Of a stretch of 64,000 bases of DNA, positions 1 through 12,197 are shown in pieces. The translations under genes and the position numbers were made by a program. The notes under the pieces were generated by a model. It worked only from the letters and a program-made list of their open reading frames with translations. It did no database searches and was not told the DNA's origin. Within the stretch, counting starts at the first letter, position 1. Each line of letters begins with the position of its first letter. The stretch lies in contig JBHGNT010000017.1 in the NCBI GenBank assembly GCA_043228905.1, forward strand, positions 7,874,001 through 7,938,000. Reading direction: 5' to 3'. This stretch comes from Azolla caroliniana (Eukaryota > Plantae > Polypodiophyta).

Positions 1-392
1 CTCCTTTGTCAACTTTGCAACGATCCTCGTAATGACCATAGGTATGTCGATCTCGATCTCTCTCTTCAAAGCCTTGTTCTTCGTCACATTTCTCTTCACA
101 ACCGCAACTACGCAGATCTCGATCATCTTCATCTACGTCACCGTCGAGCAAAGCATAAAAAGGTTGAGGCCCGAATCTTGATGTCAGAACCGCTTCGTAC
201 CAATCCGGAATTTCTGGACATAGTCTTTCGACTTGCCTTGTCAACTTGAGATACTCCAACGGTCTATCCTTATCATCATGAAACATCATTTCGATGGCCT
301 TCCTTACAAATGGAAGCATCATGAGCCTAAGACCACCTTCTATTCTTATCGACTCCTCTAAGTCATATGCATCCAAGATCAAATCCATCATT
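1..392 (-). other. Open reading frame of unknown function running off the left edge of the window (MMDLILDAYDLEESIRIEGGLRLMMLPFVRKAIEMMF...), probably TE-associated
   Basis: Manual translation of the minus strand shows about 130 codons with no stop to position 1. No recognised motif. Confidence 0.3.
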
Positions 393-837
393 CGCAATGC
401 CCCCATTACCACCTTGTGTTGTTCATGTCTGGTTCACCAAATAGATGTTGTGTGGCGCATGACACACATGCCAAACGTCGGGATGTGTGCATCACAAGCG
501 CAGACAAGCATCGGGCCTCTATCCGCTAGTGGTTATGGAGGATTGACGATGGGATTTCTACGCCTACGGGTCGGTCGAACGGGACCACCAAGGTCTTTGA
601 TCGGGGAGAACAAATCGGGTGAGTTGTGCCTGTAAGGAATTGGCCGTTTAGGTTTATCGTCAATCGTCCTTTGTTGTCGAAGATGCACCCGAACCCGACT
701 CAACGGTGCGGTGGATTGACGTGTAGGCAGCTGAAGTAACGCACTAATGTGGTTGAGAGTGTGTGAGAGAGAGAAATGAAAATGGAGGAAGTGTTTAAGA
801 TAGATAGATAGATAGATAAACGAATTGAAATTCCAAT

Positions 838-900
838 TCTAGGTTTGAACCCTTGACTTTAATTTAGAGAAACAAGACACATCACCAATAAGATAACTAG
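838..900 (-). other. Degenerate tRNA-like Pol III promoter module (A-box/B-box)
   Basis: Minus strand reads TATCTTATTGG...GTCAAGGGTTCAAACC. The spacing is tRNA-like but no cloverleaf can be drawn. Confidence 0.35.
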
Positions 901-1162
901 GTTTTCTTATTAAAATATCTTGATTTATCTATAGCTTGCTTGATACATAGCTTGTTTGATTCATCGATTGATTCCCACTTATAAAGATGCCCCCATGCAT
1001 ATGTGCATGTGAGGGTGTAAGACATGCATACAATGCATGAAATGCATGATTGCCATTTGGTGCTCATGCATCACATGTGATGCATGATGACCATGTACCT
1101 CATCCAAGCTCTCATGTATGAGCATTCACTTCTGAAAAACATAATGATGATTTAAAGAAATA

Positions 1163-1228
1163 ACTTAGCCTAATGGTAAGTCAGTTGTCTTCTATGTTGG
1201 AGGTGCAAGGTTCAATACTTGCACCCCT
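1163..1228 (+). other. Degenerate tRNA-like Pol III promoter module (SINE-head-like)
   Basis: TAGCCTAATGGTAAG (A-box) ... GGTGCAAGGTTCAATACTTGCACC (T-arm hairpin containing a B-box). Confidence 0.45.
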
Positions 1229-1887
1229 TCGTATGCTTGAAAATGCAAATAGGCTTTAGGTGTTCTCATTACATTTATATTTACAACATGCTAACGTATG
1301 AGTGTAACCATCACCCCTTTCATTCGTGTGCACAATACACCTTCTCGATTCCACGCGATTTTCACACCGTTGCCGAAAATCTTCACGACAACATCTGCAC
1401 CCATCCTCATCCAAGGTTTCATCTTTCTCCGCTTCAGAGCACCTTTTTATGGGGATGTGATCAAGGAATGGCACGGTGATGTCGGGGATGCAATCTCTCA
1501 ATACCTTGTTCATTGCATTTACCATGTGGGTTACAGAGTTAGTCCCTCCTTGTGGCAAGGTACACATTCGCACAAGGCCGATAGGGGTCCGCATCGTCGT
1601 GACGTCCCTACTCTCCACGGCTAGTTGGAATTGATCATACCTCGAGTATAGATCACCAATCGAATAAATAGACCTTCCAGCGAAGGCCTCGGCGAATTCT
1701 TCAACGCTCGACCTGACCCCCGCATTTTGAATTGTCACTTGGTTAACAGGTTGTAGGTCCTAGATGAAGCGTAAGGTTCCATTCTTCTTTGGCATAGTGA
1801 ACAACCAATTCGAGTATGGGGTGCTTGATGGTTCGAGTATACCCATCTCGATCTTTTCCTTGAGTAGCTCAATCAACTTCGGGATGT

Positions 1888-3858
1888 TGTCAAGATTCGA
1901 ACTCTTGACATAACCATGTTGTAATCGAGTGTTATGTGTTAACCACACATCTAACATATAATCATGTATATACTTCCTCATTGTAGGTTTTAGCTAGCAT
2001 CATGTGCATAATTTCTCCCTTGTATTATTAACACTTGGCACATGCATGCGTACCTACTACCTACATGCTCTATTGTATCACATGCATGCAATAGGTATGC
2101 ATGCCACTTAGTATAAATAGTTAAGTTCACCTTGAAGGAATTCAAGGTGAACAACGCCAATCATGGACATATCAATCTAGTATTCCCATTTTGCCCATCC
2201 TCTCTCCTTGATCTTCATCTCTATCTTTATGCTCTTGTTCCTCGCGTCATCGCTCCGTCATAGCCTCATCATCTGTGCTTTGTCTTAGTCCGCGCTTGGT
2301 GTGTCCATGACAGTTTGTTCACGTTCCAACTAGAAGCATCCCCCGTCTCCGTCATCGCCTTAGCTTCTAGAGTTACCATCGTCACCGTACCATCATCAAC
2401 ATCGCTTCATTTCCTATCTTCCTCGCCGTTTCTATCTCCTAGTTTCTTCTCATAATTTTCATTGGCTTTTAGTTCTCCTCATCATTGTCTCTATTTTTTA
2501 GTTTCTTTCCTGTTCGTGTTCGTGTTCTAGTTCCCAGTGAGGGCTGCACAAGGCCGCTCACTCCCGTTGGTGTTCGTGTTCGAGTTCCTGGTGAGGGCCA
2601 CATGGTCGCTCACTCCTGTTCGTGTTCCAGTCTCCGGTGAGGACCGCACATGGTCGCTCACTCCAGTTATTTTTCATGTTCCATATCCCGGCGAGGACCG
2701 ACATGGTCGCTCATGCCCATTGCGGCTCATGTCTCAGTTCTCGGTGAGGACCACACATGGTCGATTAATCCCGTTCGTGTTCCTGTTCCCGGTGAGGGCC
2801 ACATGGTCGCTCACTCGTTCGTGTTCCATTTCTCGGTGAGGACAACATGGTTGCTCACGCCCGTTGGTGTTCATCTTCCAACTCTCAACGAGGACCGTTC
2901 CAATTCCCGGCAAGGACCCCACATGGTTACTCATGCCCCTTGGTGTTCATGCTCCCTGTGAAGACCGCACATGGTCGCTCACACCCGTTTATATTTGTGT
3001 TCCAGTTCTAGGCGAGGACCACACATGGTCGCTCATGCCCATTGGTGTTAAATACCTCGTCTTGTGGAAGGGTTACTCCTTGTCTAGGGTTTACAAAATA
3101 CTTTACGCCCGTTGGTGTTCGTCTTCCAACTCTCAACGAGGACCGTTCCAATTCCCGGCAAGGACCCCACATGGTTACTCATGCCCCTTGGTGTTCATGC
3201 TCCCTGTGAAGACCGCACATGGTCGCTCACACCCGTTTATATTTGTGTTCCAGTTCTAGGCGAGGACCACACATGGTCGCTCATGCCCGTTGGTGTTAAA
3301 TACCTCGTCTTGTGGAAGGGTTATACCTTGTCTAGGGTTTACAAAATACTTTGGAGGTGATTTAAGCTTTTCATCAACAATATCCCCTTAAGCCGACAAA
3401 CGATTTGGGAAGGCATCATTGGAGGGGGGATAATATCAAGATTCGAACTCTTGACATAACCATGTTGTAATCCAGTGTTATGTGTTAACCACACATCTAA
3501 CATATAATCATGTATATACTTCCTCATTGTAGGTTTTAGCTTGCATCATGTGCATAATTTCTCCCTTGTATTATTAACACTTGGCACATGCATGCGTACC
3601 TACTGCCTACATGTTCTATTGTATCACATGCGTGCAACAGGTATGCATGCCACTTAGTATAAATAGTTAAATTCACCTTGAAGGAATTCAAGGTGAACAA
3701 CGCCAGTCATGGACATATCAATCTAGTATTCCCATTTTGCCCATCCTCTCTCCTTGATCTTCATCTCTATCTTTATGCTCTTGTTCCTCGTGTCATCGCT
3801 CCGCCATAGCCTCATCATCTGTGCTCTATCTTAGTCCGCGCTTGGTGTGTCCATGACA
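1888..3858 (+). mobile_element. Non-autonomous LTR retroelement (TRIM/LARD-like), 1971 bp
   Basis: 425-bp direct LTRs at 1888-2312 and 3434-3858 (TG/TA...CA). 5-bp TSD GATGT at 1883-1887 and 3859-3863. PPT GGAGGGGGGATAA before the 3' LTR. Non-coding interior. Confidence 0.95.
2537..3352 (+). repeat. Internal tandem array of about 45-55 bp units with core GTGAGGACCACACATGGTCGCTCAC; includes a 248-bp higher-order duplication
   Basis: About 13 units visible. 2856-3103 is repeated near-identically at 3104-3352. Confidence 0.9.
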
Positions 3859-5659
3859 GATGTGAGCTCTCGGAACCGTGATTGGTTTGATGTTCCACGG
3901 TACACGCGGTACCGTAAAGATCACCATTGGCTCCACGATCTTAGGGTTTACTGTCCCTATTTCACTCGACGAGAAGGAAGCCACCCCCAGGCAGTAGAAA
4001 GCCACCGGAGCTTCTGTCGCGTCTCATCGGTGAACCGGTGCCCTATGCCTCGTGGGTCCTGCAAGCTAGGATCTTTTGCTACCCTCTTTATCCGATCCCA
4101 ACTATCGTTAGGAAATGTGGCAGCCACAGGCTTCACCTTCTTGTTTGCGGTCTTGTACTTCGTTTGCACCTCGACCGTCCTCGCTTCCTCGATCAACCAC
4201 CCAATCTCTTCGACGACGGTGTACATGTCAACTGAGTTGACTGGAATTACCTTGTCTTCATTGAGGCCCGAAGTGACTCTCCTCTCCATCTCTCCGAGAG
4301 TGTCGTCGAATGAGACCACCTCCATGGCATCGCTTATGGTGTCATCTTCCCCTAATAAATTACATTGTTTGAGATACCTTTTGTATCTCTTGGCCCTAGG
4401 CTTATCTCTATCACTTAAACTAGTAATTTTACAAGATCCATTTTCGGAGAACCAAAATTGTTTCCTATTACATTTAATAGTTTTGCAAGGATTTAGGGTC
4501 TTAGTTTGCCTCGGGCTATTGCGGCCCCACTCTTTAATAGCCCGCATCAAAAATCCTCTCGGCTCTCCCCTTTGAGGGAGGCTCGATTATGCTCATGGTT
4601 GGGCCTCACCGTAAGGAATTGGACCGAATGCTTCCTATCTTGGCTCTTGACCCTCGCATATGCCGACCCATTGTCTAGCACCTTCATCTCCATGTGAGCC
4701 ACCGTGATATATGGTTCACCCAAGATGACCAGGTGCGAGGATGTCTCTTGAACGAAGAAATGTTGATCTATTTCAACATCCCCCACCTTCACCCGTACAT
4801 TCGGACAAGCCCCATATAGGTCCTCTGTTGCTCGGGTCGCCGCTCTAATCTTCCACCCATGCTTCGTGTTGATCGACCACTTTCCCTTTTTAACCTGTTC
4901 GTGTTCACAAGTGGAAGGATCGCGCATTCCACTTATAGATTCCTTTAATAATCTTGCGATTTTAGGTGATTTTCAGAAACTTGATACATCAGTATCACAT
5001 GTTTTAAATAGCATGTAAAATTTGTTAATTTTTTGAGATTTAACAAGTTTCAAAATGATCATTTCTAAAATTGAATAGTTTTTCAATAAATGTTTAAACG
5101 TTGATGGTTTGCAAATATGAAATGTAGTTAACTTAACACACAAGTTAAGATTAATGGTTTCACCATCTTGAGAAGATGTAGGTTCCAGAAGTGGAAGTTA
5201 CATCTATTGTTAGACTTGAAAATGTTTTAAGTATAAGAGGTAACGTTGTAATCCTTAATGCCATCATCTATCAATTTAGTGCTCATTAACATCTATAAAT
5301 TCACAACTCAAGAAATGTATACAATATTCATAAACAATTTTGATAAATCCATAACTCCTAAATTGTAGATGATATTCATAAACTATCAAAACTGTCAAAC
5401 TTAGATGTAAACATTAATATATCAATTTGAACATATCACATTCTTATCAAGGTATCCACGATGCTCTCCTCTTCTTCATTTTGAGAGCTCCCCTACAAAA
5501 TTTGTGATTATTTGGCATTTGCAAGGTTCAATTACCATCAACACAATTATTAATGGTTTTTGTTAATCAAGGAAGCACATGTTCACCATAAGGTATCTTG
5601 TTGTGAAACATACTTCTTTACAACATCGATATGCATCTTTTACTCTTGTCAAAACAAAG

Positions 5660-6110
5660 ATTTTAGTACAATTCGAGTTCATGTAAACCTTAAGCCTCTT
5701 TTATTTGAAAAAAAAGAAGATTTCTAAACATTAACTACATCATTGTATTGAGTTGATGTAAAAAACAAAGTTTTCATCACAATTCCATACAACATATCAA
5801 ATTCATGTTTAAAGTTTTTTTTCCCGAATTAAAAAGAAAAAAAAAAAAAAAAAAAACAATCGAACTTGACTTGATGAAAAAACAAGATTTTTCACCACAA
5901 TTCAATACAATGTACCTTGTTCATGTTTAAAGTAATTTTTTTAATTTTGTTTCAATTTCTTTTCTTTTCTTTTTGAAAAAAAAAAAACTTTAAACATAAA
6001 TTCGATACATTGTATTGACTTCTAATGAAAACTCGGGTTTTTTCATCACTTCAAGTTTTAAAAAAAACAAAACCAAAAAGACCTAAACTCTATACATTGT
6101 ATTGAATTGT
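5660..6110. repeat. AT-rich direct/inverted repeats of about 70 bp (foldback/MITE-like relic)
   Basis: The motif CATTGTATTGA...TTTTCATCACAATTC..ATACAA..TTCATGTTTAAAG recurs in both orientations. Confidence 0.45.
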
Positions 6111-7947
6111 TGTGAAAAAACTAGGAGACAGAGAAGAAGGGATCACCCTTCGAGTCGACCGACAAAGAGCAGTTGGATGTAATAAGTACTCGACTATTAG
6201 CCAGTCGAGTACCCGAGGTATAAAGGTCGACAAAGGAGTTGGAGTCGGAGTCGTACAAGTATGAAAGGACAGAAATCGAATTGTAATTTTGCCAAGTAGC
6301 AAAATAGAGTAATTTAGAAAATAGGACGGTTAGTATAAACTATAAGTTCTTGCCGAACATGCAAGTGTAATATCTTGGAGAAGTTTCTCAAGTCGCTTAT
6401 AAAAAGGGGCCGAGAGCATTGTATCATGATCGTTCTGTTTTGGTTTAATATAATTTTGGTAGTTAGAGTACTTATTGTGTCAAATGTTCTATTTATTCTT
6501 TTATATATTTACTGTGTTGAATGTTCAAATCTATTCTCTGCTACACAAATTGTGTTTAACTAATAGTTGATCAAGATCTTATGTTCTAAGCCTAGTATTA
6601 GGTTCTGTGTAATCATTGTTTGCATAAGTTCTAAGTAAGTAAGTAGTTTTGACACATACTATATATCCAACCAGAATCATCTTGATAGAACGTTCTCGGA
6701 AGTAAGACGTTCAACCCATTCTGTCTGTCAGATGTCGGTAGGAACAACACCAACTAACTGGAAACCGTATTCTAACCGAAGAACAAAGAGAACCAGCTGG
6801 ATTCGGGCAAGGATCCGAACATGGATCTAAATTGGATTCGGATGAAGAGTCGACTGAAGAGGAAGATGTAGAACCAACGGTAGATAACCAAGGTAGGAGA
6901 TATCCTCTGAGAGAGAGAAGGCCCCCCCTTAGATTTCCGAATGAAGAGCATGTACTCTTAATTGATGAGGGGGAGCCAGAAAGCATTGAGGAAGCAAAGT
7001 ATGATACCCACAACTGAAAGTGGTTGAGTGCCATGCAGGATGAAATGAATTCCCTACATGAAAATCATACGTATGAGCTTATGGAGTTGCCGAAAGGAAA
7101 GAAGGAACTTTGGAACAAGTGGGTGTACAAGTTCAAACCAGGAGATGGCGGGAATCCACCCAAATACAAAGCTCGAATTGTGGTGAAAGGCTTTCTACAG
7201 AAGAAGGGTGTAGATTTCGACGAAATATTTGCCCCAGTAGTGAAGATGACATCCATTCAGACGGTGCTAAGCATAACAACTATCATCGACTTAGAAGTTG
7301 AGCAACAGGATGTCAAGACAATCTTCTTGCATGGAGATCTGGAGGAAGAAATCTACATGCAGCAACCAAAAAGGTTTGTGGAGAAAGGAAAGGAAAACTT
7401 GGTATGCTAGTTGAAGAAAAGCTTGTACGGGATGAAGCAAGCACCTTGGAAATGGTCTCAGAAATTCGAGTCCTTCATGGTAGATCATGACTTCCACAAT
7501 ACGCAAGCCAACCACTATGTCTTCGTGAAGAGATATGATCCTTTTGTCATACGTTGACGACATGTTGATTGTTCGACAGGACCCGAAGAAAATTGGAAAC
7601 TTGAAGAAGGCCTTGAGCAAGTCGTTCGTGATGAAGGATATGGGTCCAGTAAAGCAAATCCTGGGAATGCACATTGTCCGGGACAGGGCAAAGAAATTGT
7701 TGTGGTTGTCACAGGAAAAATATGTGACAAAGGTGCTCCAGAGATTCAACATGGAAAACGCGAAGCCGGTCAGCTCGACATTGCCGACAAACTGTGAGTT
7801 GTCCAAGAGACAATGTCCGAAGAAGAAAATAGAGAAGGTTGAGATGAGCAAGGTACTATACGCCTCAACAGTCGGAGGCTTGATGTACGCGATGGTCTGC
7901 ACCAGGCTGGACATCGAATATGTTGTCCTAGTCGTTAGACGATATAT
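6108..7947 (+). mobile_element. Internally deleted Ty1/copia relic (probable LTR about 6108-6565, RT about 6830-7947)
   Basis: Copia RT motifs AMQDEMNSL..N.TYEL, KWVYK, YKARIVVKGFLQKKGVDFDEIFAPV, QDVKT.FLHG, YVDDMLI. Stops and frameshifts. Cut off by the LTR at 7948. Confidence 0.85.
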
Positions 7948-7972
7948 TGTCATGGACGAGTAGGCGAGGCTC

Positions 7973-8010
<38 letters not shown>

Positions 8011-10550
8011 ATAGATCAGAGAACAAGAACTGAATTATGCTTTCATAACTAGTGTTGTTCACCTTGACTAAGGCCAAGGTGAACCCCTGTATTTATACAT
8101 GTTTGTGGGCTCTAAATGTAGTTCCATCTAGAGATTCATTTTCATGCACAAGCTTCTAGAGCTTTCTGGAAGCTTCTAAAATCTCCTACACGTAGAATAG
8201 ATAATCTACAATATATTAAGGTAACATGACCATGTATTGGATGTCTTGGTTAAAACATATCGATTGATTATAATACAGTGGGTCAAGAGTTCGAATCATG
8301 ACATGATTGTTGTCATTCGATGCCAACAAGAGTCTAGAATCTTGTCCACCTCATACTCCTTACCTGTGGAAAGCTCAATTGGGGGTGGAGGTGGAGAGTG
8401 TCTTCCAGGGATAGTGGATGGATGATGAGGTTCAAGAAGAGAGGCATGGAATACATTATGAATCCTGAAATGTGGAGGAAGCGCGAGCCGAAAAGTGGAG
8501 GGGTTGATATTCTCAATGAATCTACAGAAAGGCCCCAACTTCTTGTAGTCCAACTTTCCGCAAGCTCGAGTAGTGTCGACATGGCGACGTAAGAGCCAAA
8601 CTTGATTACCAACTGCAAAGGTGGGTGTGGCTGAGCAATGTCGATCAGCTTGTGTTTTGTACCAATGCCTTGCAAGGATGAGCTCAAGGGAGAGGACTTG
8701 ATGAATGTCGGCTAAAATACGAGCATGTGCTTCTGCTGACGAGTTGATAGAATTGCCAAGGATGGAAATACTAAAGTGAGGATGGAAACCATAGTTGGCG
8801 AAAAATGGGGTGACCCCAGTTGAACCATGTAGCGTATTATTATATGTGAACTTTGTTAGGGGTAGGAGGTCAATCCGATCATCTTGCTGGTAGCTAAGTG
8901 AGCACCGAAGGTATTGCTTGAGAATTTGGTTCACCCACTCAGGTTTGAGGATGATAGGACGAAGACAAATTCACTATAGTGCCTAGTGTTTGAAGGACTC
9001 GTCCCCAAAAACGAGAGACAAATTGGGGTCCGTAATCTAAGGTGACATCGTCCAGGACCCCATGAAGCCGCACCACATTTTTTAAAAATAGATCGGTTGT
9101 TGCTTCCACTGAAATAGTCTTTGCATAGGGGGAAAAATGAGCCATCTTTGTAAACCATCTACCATGACGAGCATTGTGTCATATCCGTGGACTAGAGGAA
9201 AGTCAGTGATGAAATCCATGGAAATTGATGCCCAAGGCCGGTTGGGAATGGGAAGTGGTTGGAGTAATCTATATGGCCTATGGTGGACGACTTTGGATCG
9301 AGCACAAGTACCACATGTCTTGATGAATTCCTTGACGAACATCCACAGTTGAGGCCACCAATATCCTCGTGAGATTAATTCGAGTGTCTTTGTAACACCA
9401 AAATGGCAAGCCAAGGGGTCGTCATGACACTTTTGGAGAACTTGAGTTCGACATCGGCCCTCCGGAACATATAAGAGTTGGTCTCGGTAAAGCAATCCCC
9501 CCTCGAATATGAAGCGATCAAGGTCTTCCTTGCTCTTGGGTTTAGACGGATTAGTAAGACCTTCCTTAATTGCATTAGAGAATTTGTCGATGGGAAGTGC
9601 TTTGGCTATCTCCTCAAGCAAAGAGTCGTCATGGAGCATGCATGTGGCAAAGAGTTGGAATTGATATGGTTTTAGCAAACATTGAGATTGTTGAGCATAG
9701 GCATCATCCCTTGGGCTCAACTCGAAATTCGAGCGTTGTGAAAGAGCATTGACGTTCATGTTTTGTGTCCCTGGTCGAAAGACAATTTCAAAGTCAGCAT
9801 CGGGTTGGGATAAGATGGCACCAATGGCAAAGTCAAAGGCATCTGTTTCAACTTGAAAAGGCTTAGTGGGGTCGACATGAAGGAGGACTAGAGCCTGAGT
9901 AAAAACTTCCTTGAGTATGTCAAAGGCGTGTTGAGCAAATGGAGTCCATTGAAACGGCATCCCTTTACAAGTAAGCTCAATCAAGGGTTGGACTCTGACG
10001 GAGAACCCCTTGATAAATCGCTTATAGAAATTCGTGAAACCAAGGAACGATTGAACATCCTTTACTCGTTTTGGAATGGCCCATTCTTGGATAGTCTTGA
10101 TTTTCCTTGGATCCATGGTGGTGCCCTGGGGTTAGATAAGATAACCAAGAAATTCTATGGAATTGCGATCAAACTCACATTTTTCTATCTTGGCATAGAG
10201 GCCATGCTCCCTGAGTTTCGAGAGAATCAATCGAACGTGGTGAGTATGCTCTTCAATGCTCGACGAGAAGACAAGAATGTCATCAAGGTAGATAACAACA
10301 AAGTGATCACGATATTCTCAAAATAAGTCGTTCATTATATGTTGAAAAACAGTTGGGGCATTGGTGAGTCCAAAAGGCATTACCTTGTAGTCGAAGTGTC
10401 CTTATCGCGTATGAAATGTTGTCTTCCATTCATCACCAGGTTTAATCTGAACCAAGTTGTATGCTTCCCCCCGCAAGTCAATCTTGGAGAAGACATGTGC
10501 ACTACGAAGGCGATCGAGGAGTTGATCCTAGAAATCCTTAAGAGGTAACG
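7948..10550 (-). mobile_element. Truncated Tcn1-like chromovirus (Ty3/gypsy): RT-RNaseH-integrase-chromodomain start plus one LTR (7948-8303)
   Basis: ORFs 9082-10116 and 8296-8934 (FLGFTNFY, ETDAFDFAIGA, zinc finger HDD..H..C..C, GPF, FHASLLEP, EYEVDKILDS). The LTR reads TGTCATGATTCGAACTC...CCATGACA on the minus strand, with a TATA box near 8091. Confidence 0.88.
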
Positions 10551-12197
10551 AGATAAAGTTATATGGGCTTATTGGATATCATTGGTGTGCAAACCTAACA
10601 AATGTAGAAAAAAATTTTAAATGATAGGCACATTTATTTATTTTATATGTATCATAGAAGACACTCAACATTTAATTAATTTATGTTGGGGTTATGCCTC
10701 TAACTAGATCCTTTTCATCAAAGGTTCAAGATGATTGTGTGTTGTACAACATTCAATGGTTATTACTAAGTAAATATCTCACGCAAGCTAGAGTTTACAT
10801 GTGTATCTCTTAAAGATTAAATTATTTTCAATAAGCACAAGTGCGTGCACACACACACACACTCGCTCATGCTCACAAGTGCGCACACAAAATCAAGTTC
10901 ATACACATGGACAAATTACACACCTATATGTCATGTACCATGTAGTTACTATTCAATAATAGTGAATGGTTCATTTAATTTACTGTGATAAACATGAATC
11001 ATTAACAACACTATACACCACTACACACACACATTCCTATTCAACTATGTCTATCCAATTACATGAATATGTGGCAATGAATGGATAGAATACCACTTAT
11101 ATTTCACATATTCATACAACTTATCATAACTTAACCAAGATTCAATGGAAAAAAATGAAAATGAGCTTATCATGGTGATACAAATTTAAGATTACAAGTA
11201 CTATGGGGTTATTTGATTAAAAGAAACGAATAAGTACTTTTCAAAAAGTTATCATTTCCATATATGTACATATGGACACACACATGTTTACATGCAGTGC
11301 ATATGATTTTAGATTCATCTATTTCAATCAGCAAGATTAAAAGAGAGATGAAACAAAGAAGAGTTGAATGAGCACTTATGGATGTATCTTTACATGTTCA
11401 TGTACTTCTACATAATACATTTAATGGAAACACATACACGTAAACGATGAAAAAATTCATTGATATATATGAGCTGGATGTAACCAAGACTGTTCATAAT
11501 AAATCAACACAACTTTTTTTTTCTCTTTCACGTAACAACTTTTCTACACTAAACTAAGGTTTAAACATGGGACATGAAATATCAGTACGTATGTTTTTTT
11601 CGTCTTTTACATAGCAACTTTTCTACGCTATAAACAAATCCTTACCAAGACAATAGGACCAGATGCCCATGTGAAAAACTAATCTCCACCATAACTTTTA
11701 TGGCCAATTGAATCAATTCAAAATTCAAGTGAAAACATCAAATAATCAGAACACATAATGTCCTCGAGGCTTCACAACTTGCCTTGCTCTTTAGGTAGTT
11801 AGGGTAGACAAATATAAATCTTGGAAGTCATATCATGCCAGAATCAAGAAAAATAACTCGTCACAAGGGACATTAATTAGCTCTATATTCACATTCCCAA
11901 AAAGAAATTCATGTTCGTTGATCAAAATCTGAATTGCATTAAACTCTTAATAAAAAAACTTCAAGAAACACCTTAATAAAATATGCCCTACTTGAAGATG
12001 TGATTTGCTTGTTACAATAAGAACATAAGACATCTCTCATGAAGTATTGTGGCCCCACTCAAAACTGTCCTCACAATTACAAAGGAACTTAATCTTTATA
12101 TTACACCTCCACGGCTGGCCTTTGTGAATGAAAGATATCTTGAGGACAATGAATGATTCCAGACATTACGTCACCAAGTTTATTTCGATTTATTTGG

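Larger units (their letters stand above)
1300..4927 (-). mobile_element. Degenerate Ty3/gypsy pol relic (protease, spacer, RT), fungal Ylt1-like; interrupted by the element at 1888-3858
   Basis: Protease region (VKVGDVEIDQHFFVQ..VILGEPY) and KYKTANKKVKPVA. RT motifs PKKNGTLRFI*DLQPVN, DLYSRYDQF, LPQGGTNS, FLDHIP. Removing the insertion rejoins ...PRAH|IPKLIELL. Confidence 0.85.

Noticed and set aside
1163-1228. Functional tRNA gene (also the LTR boxes and 42543)
   Set aside because: A/B boxes are present but no acceptor or anticodon stems can be drawn, so these are treated as tRNA-like modules only.
2537-3352. CRISPR-like repeat/spacer array
   Set aside because: The linkers are homologous to each other rather than unique spacers, there are no cas genes, and the array lies inside a eukaryotic LTR element.
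3847-4575. 242-aa plus-strand ORF (and similar antisense ORFs at 7291, 25389 and 55166)
   Set aside because: These are antisense shadows of retrotransposon pol frames with no independent support.
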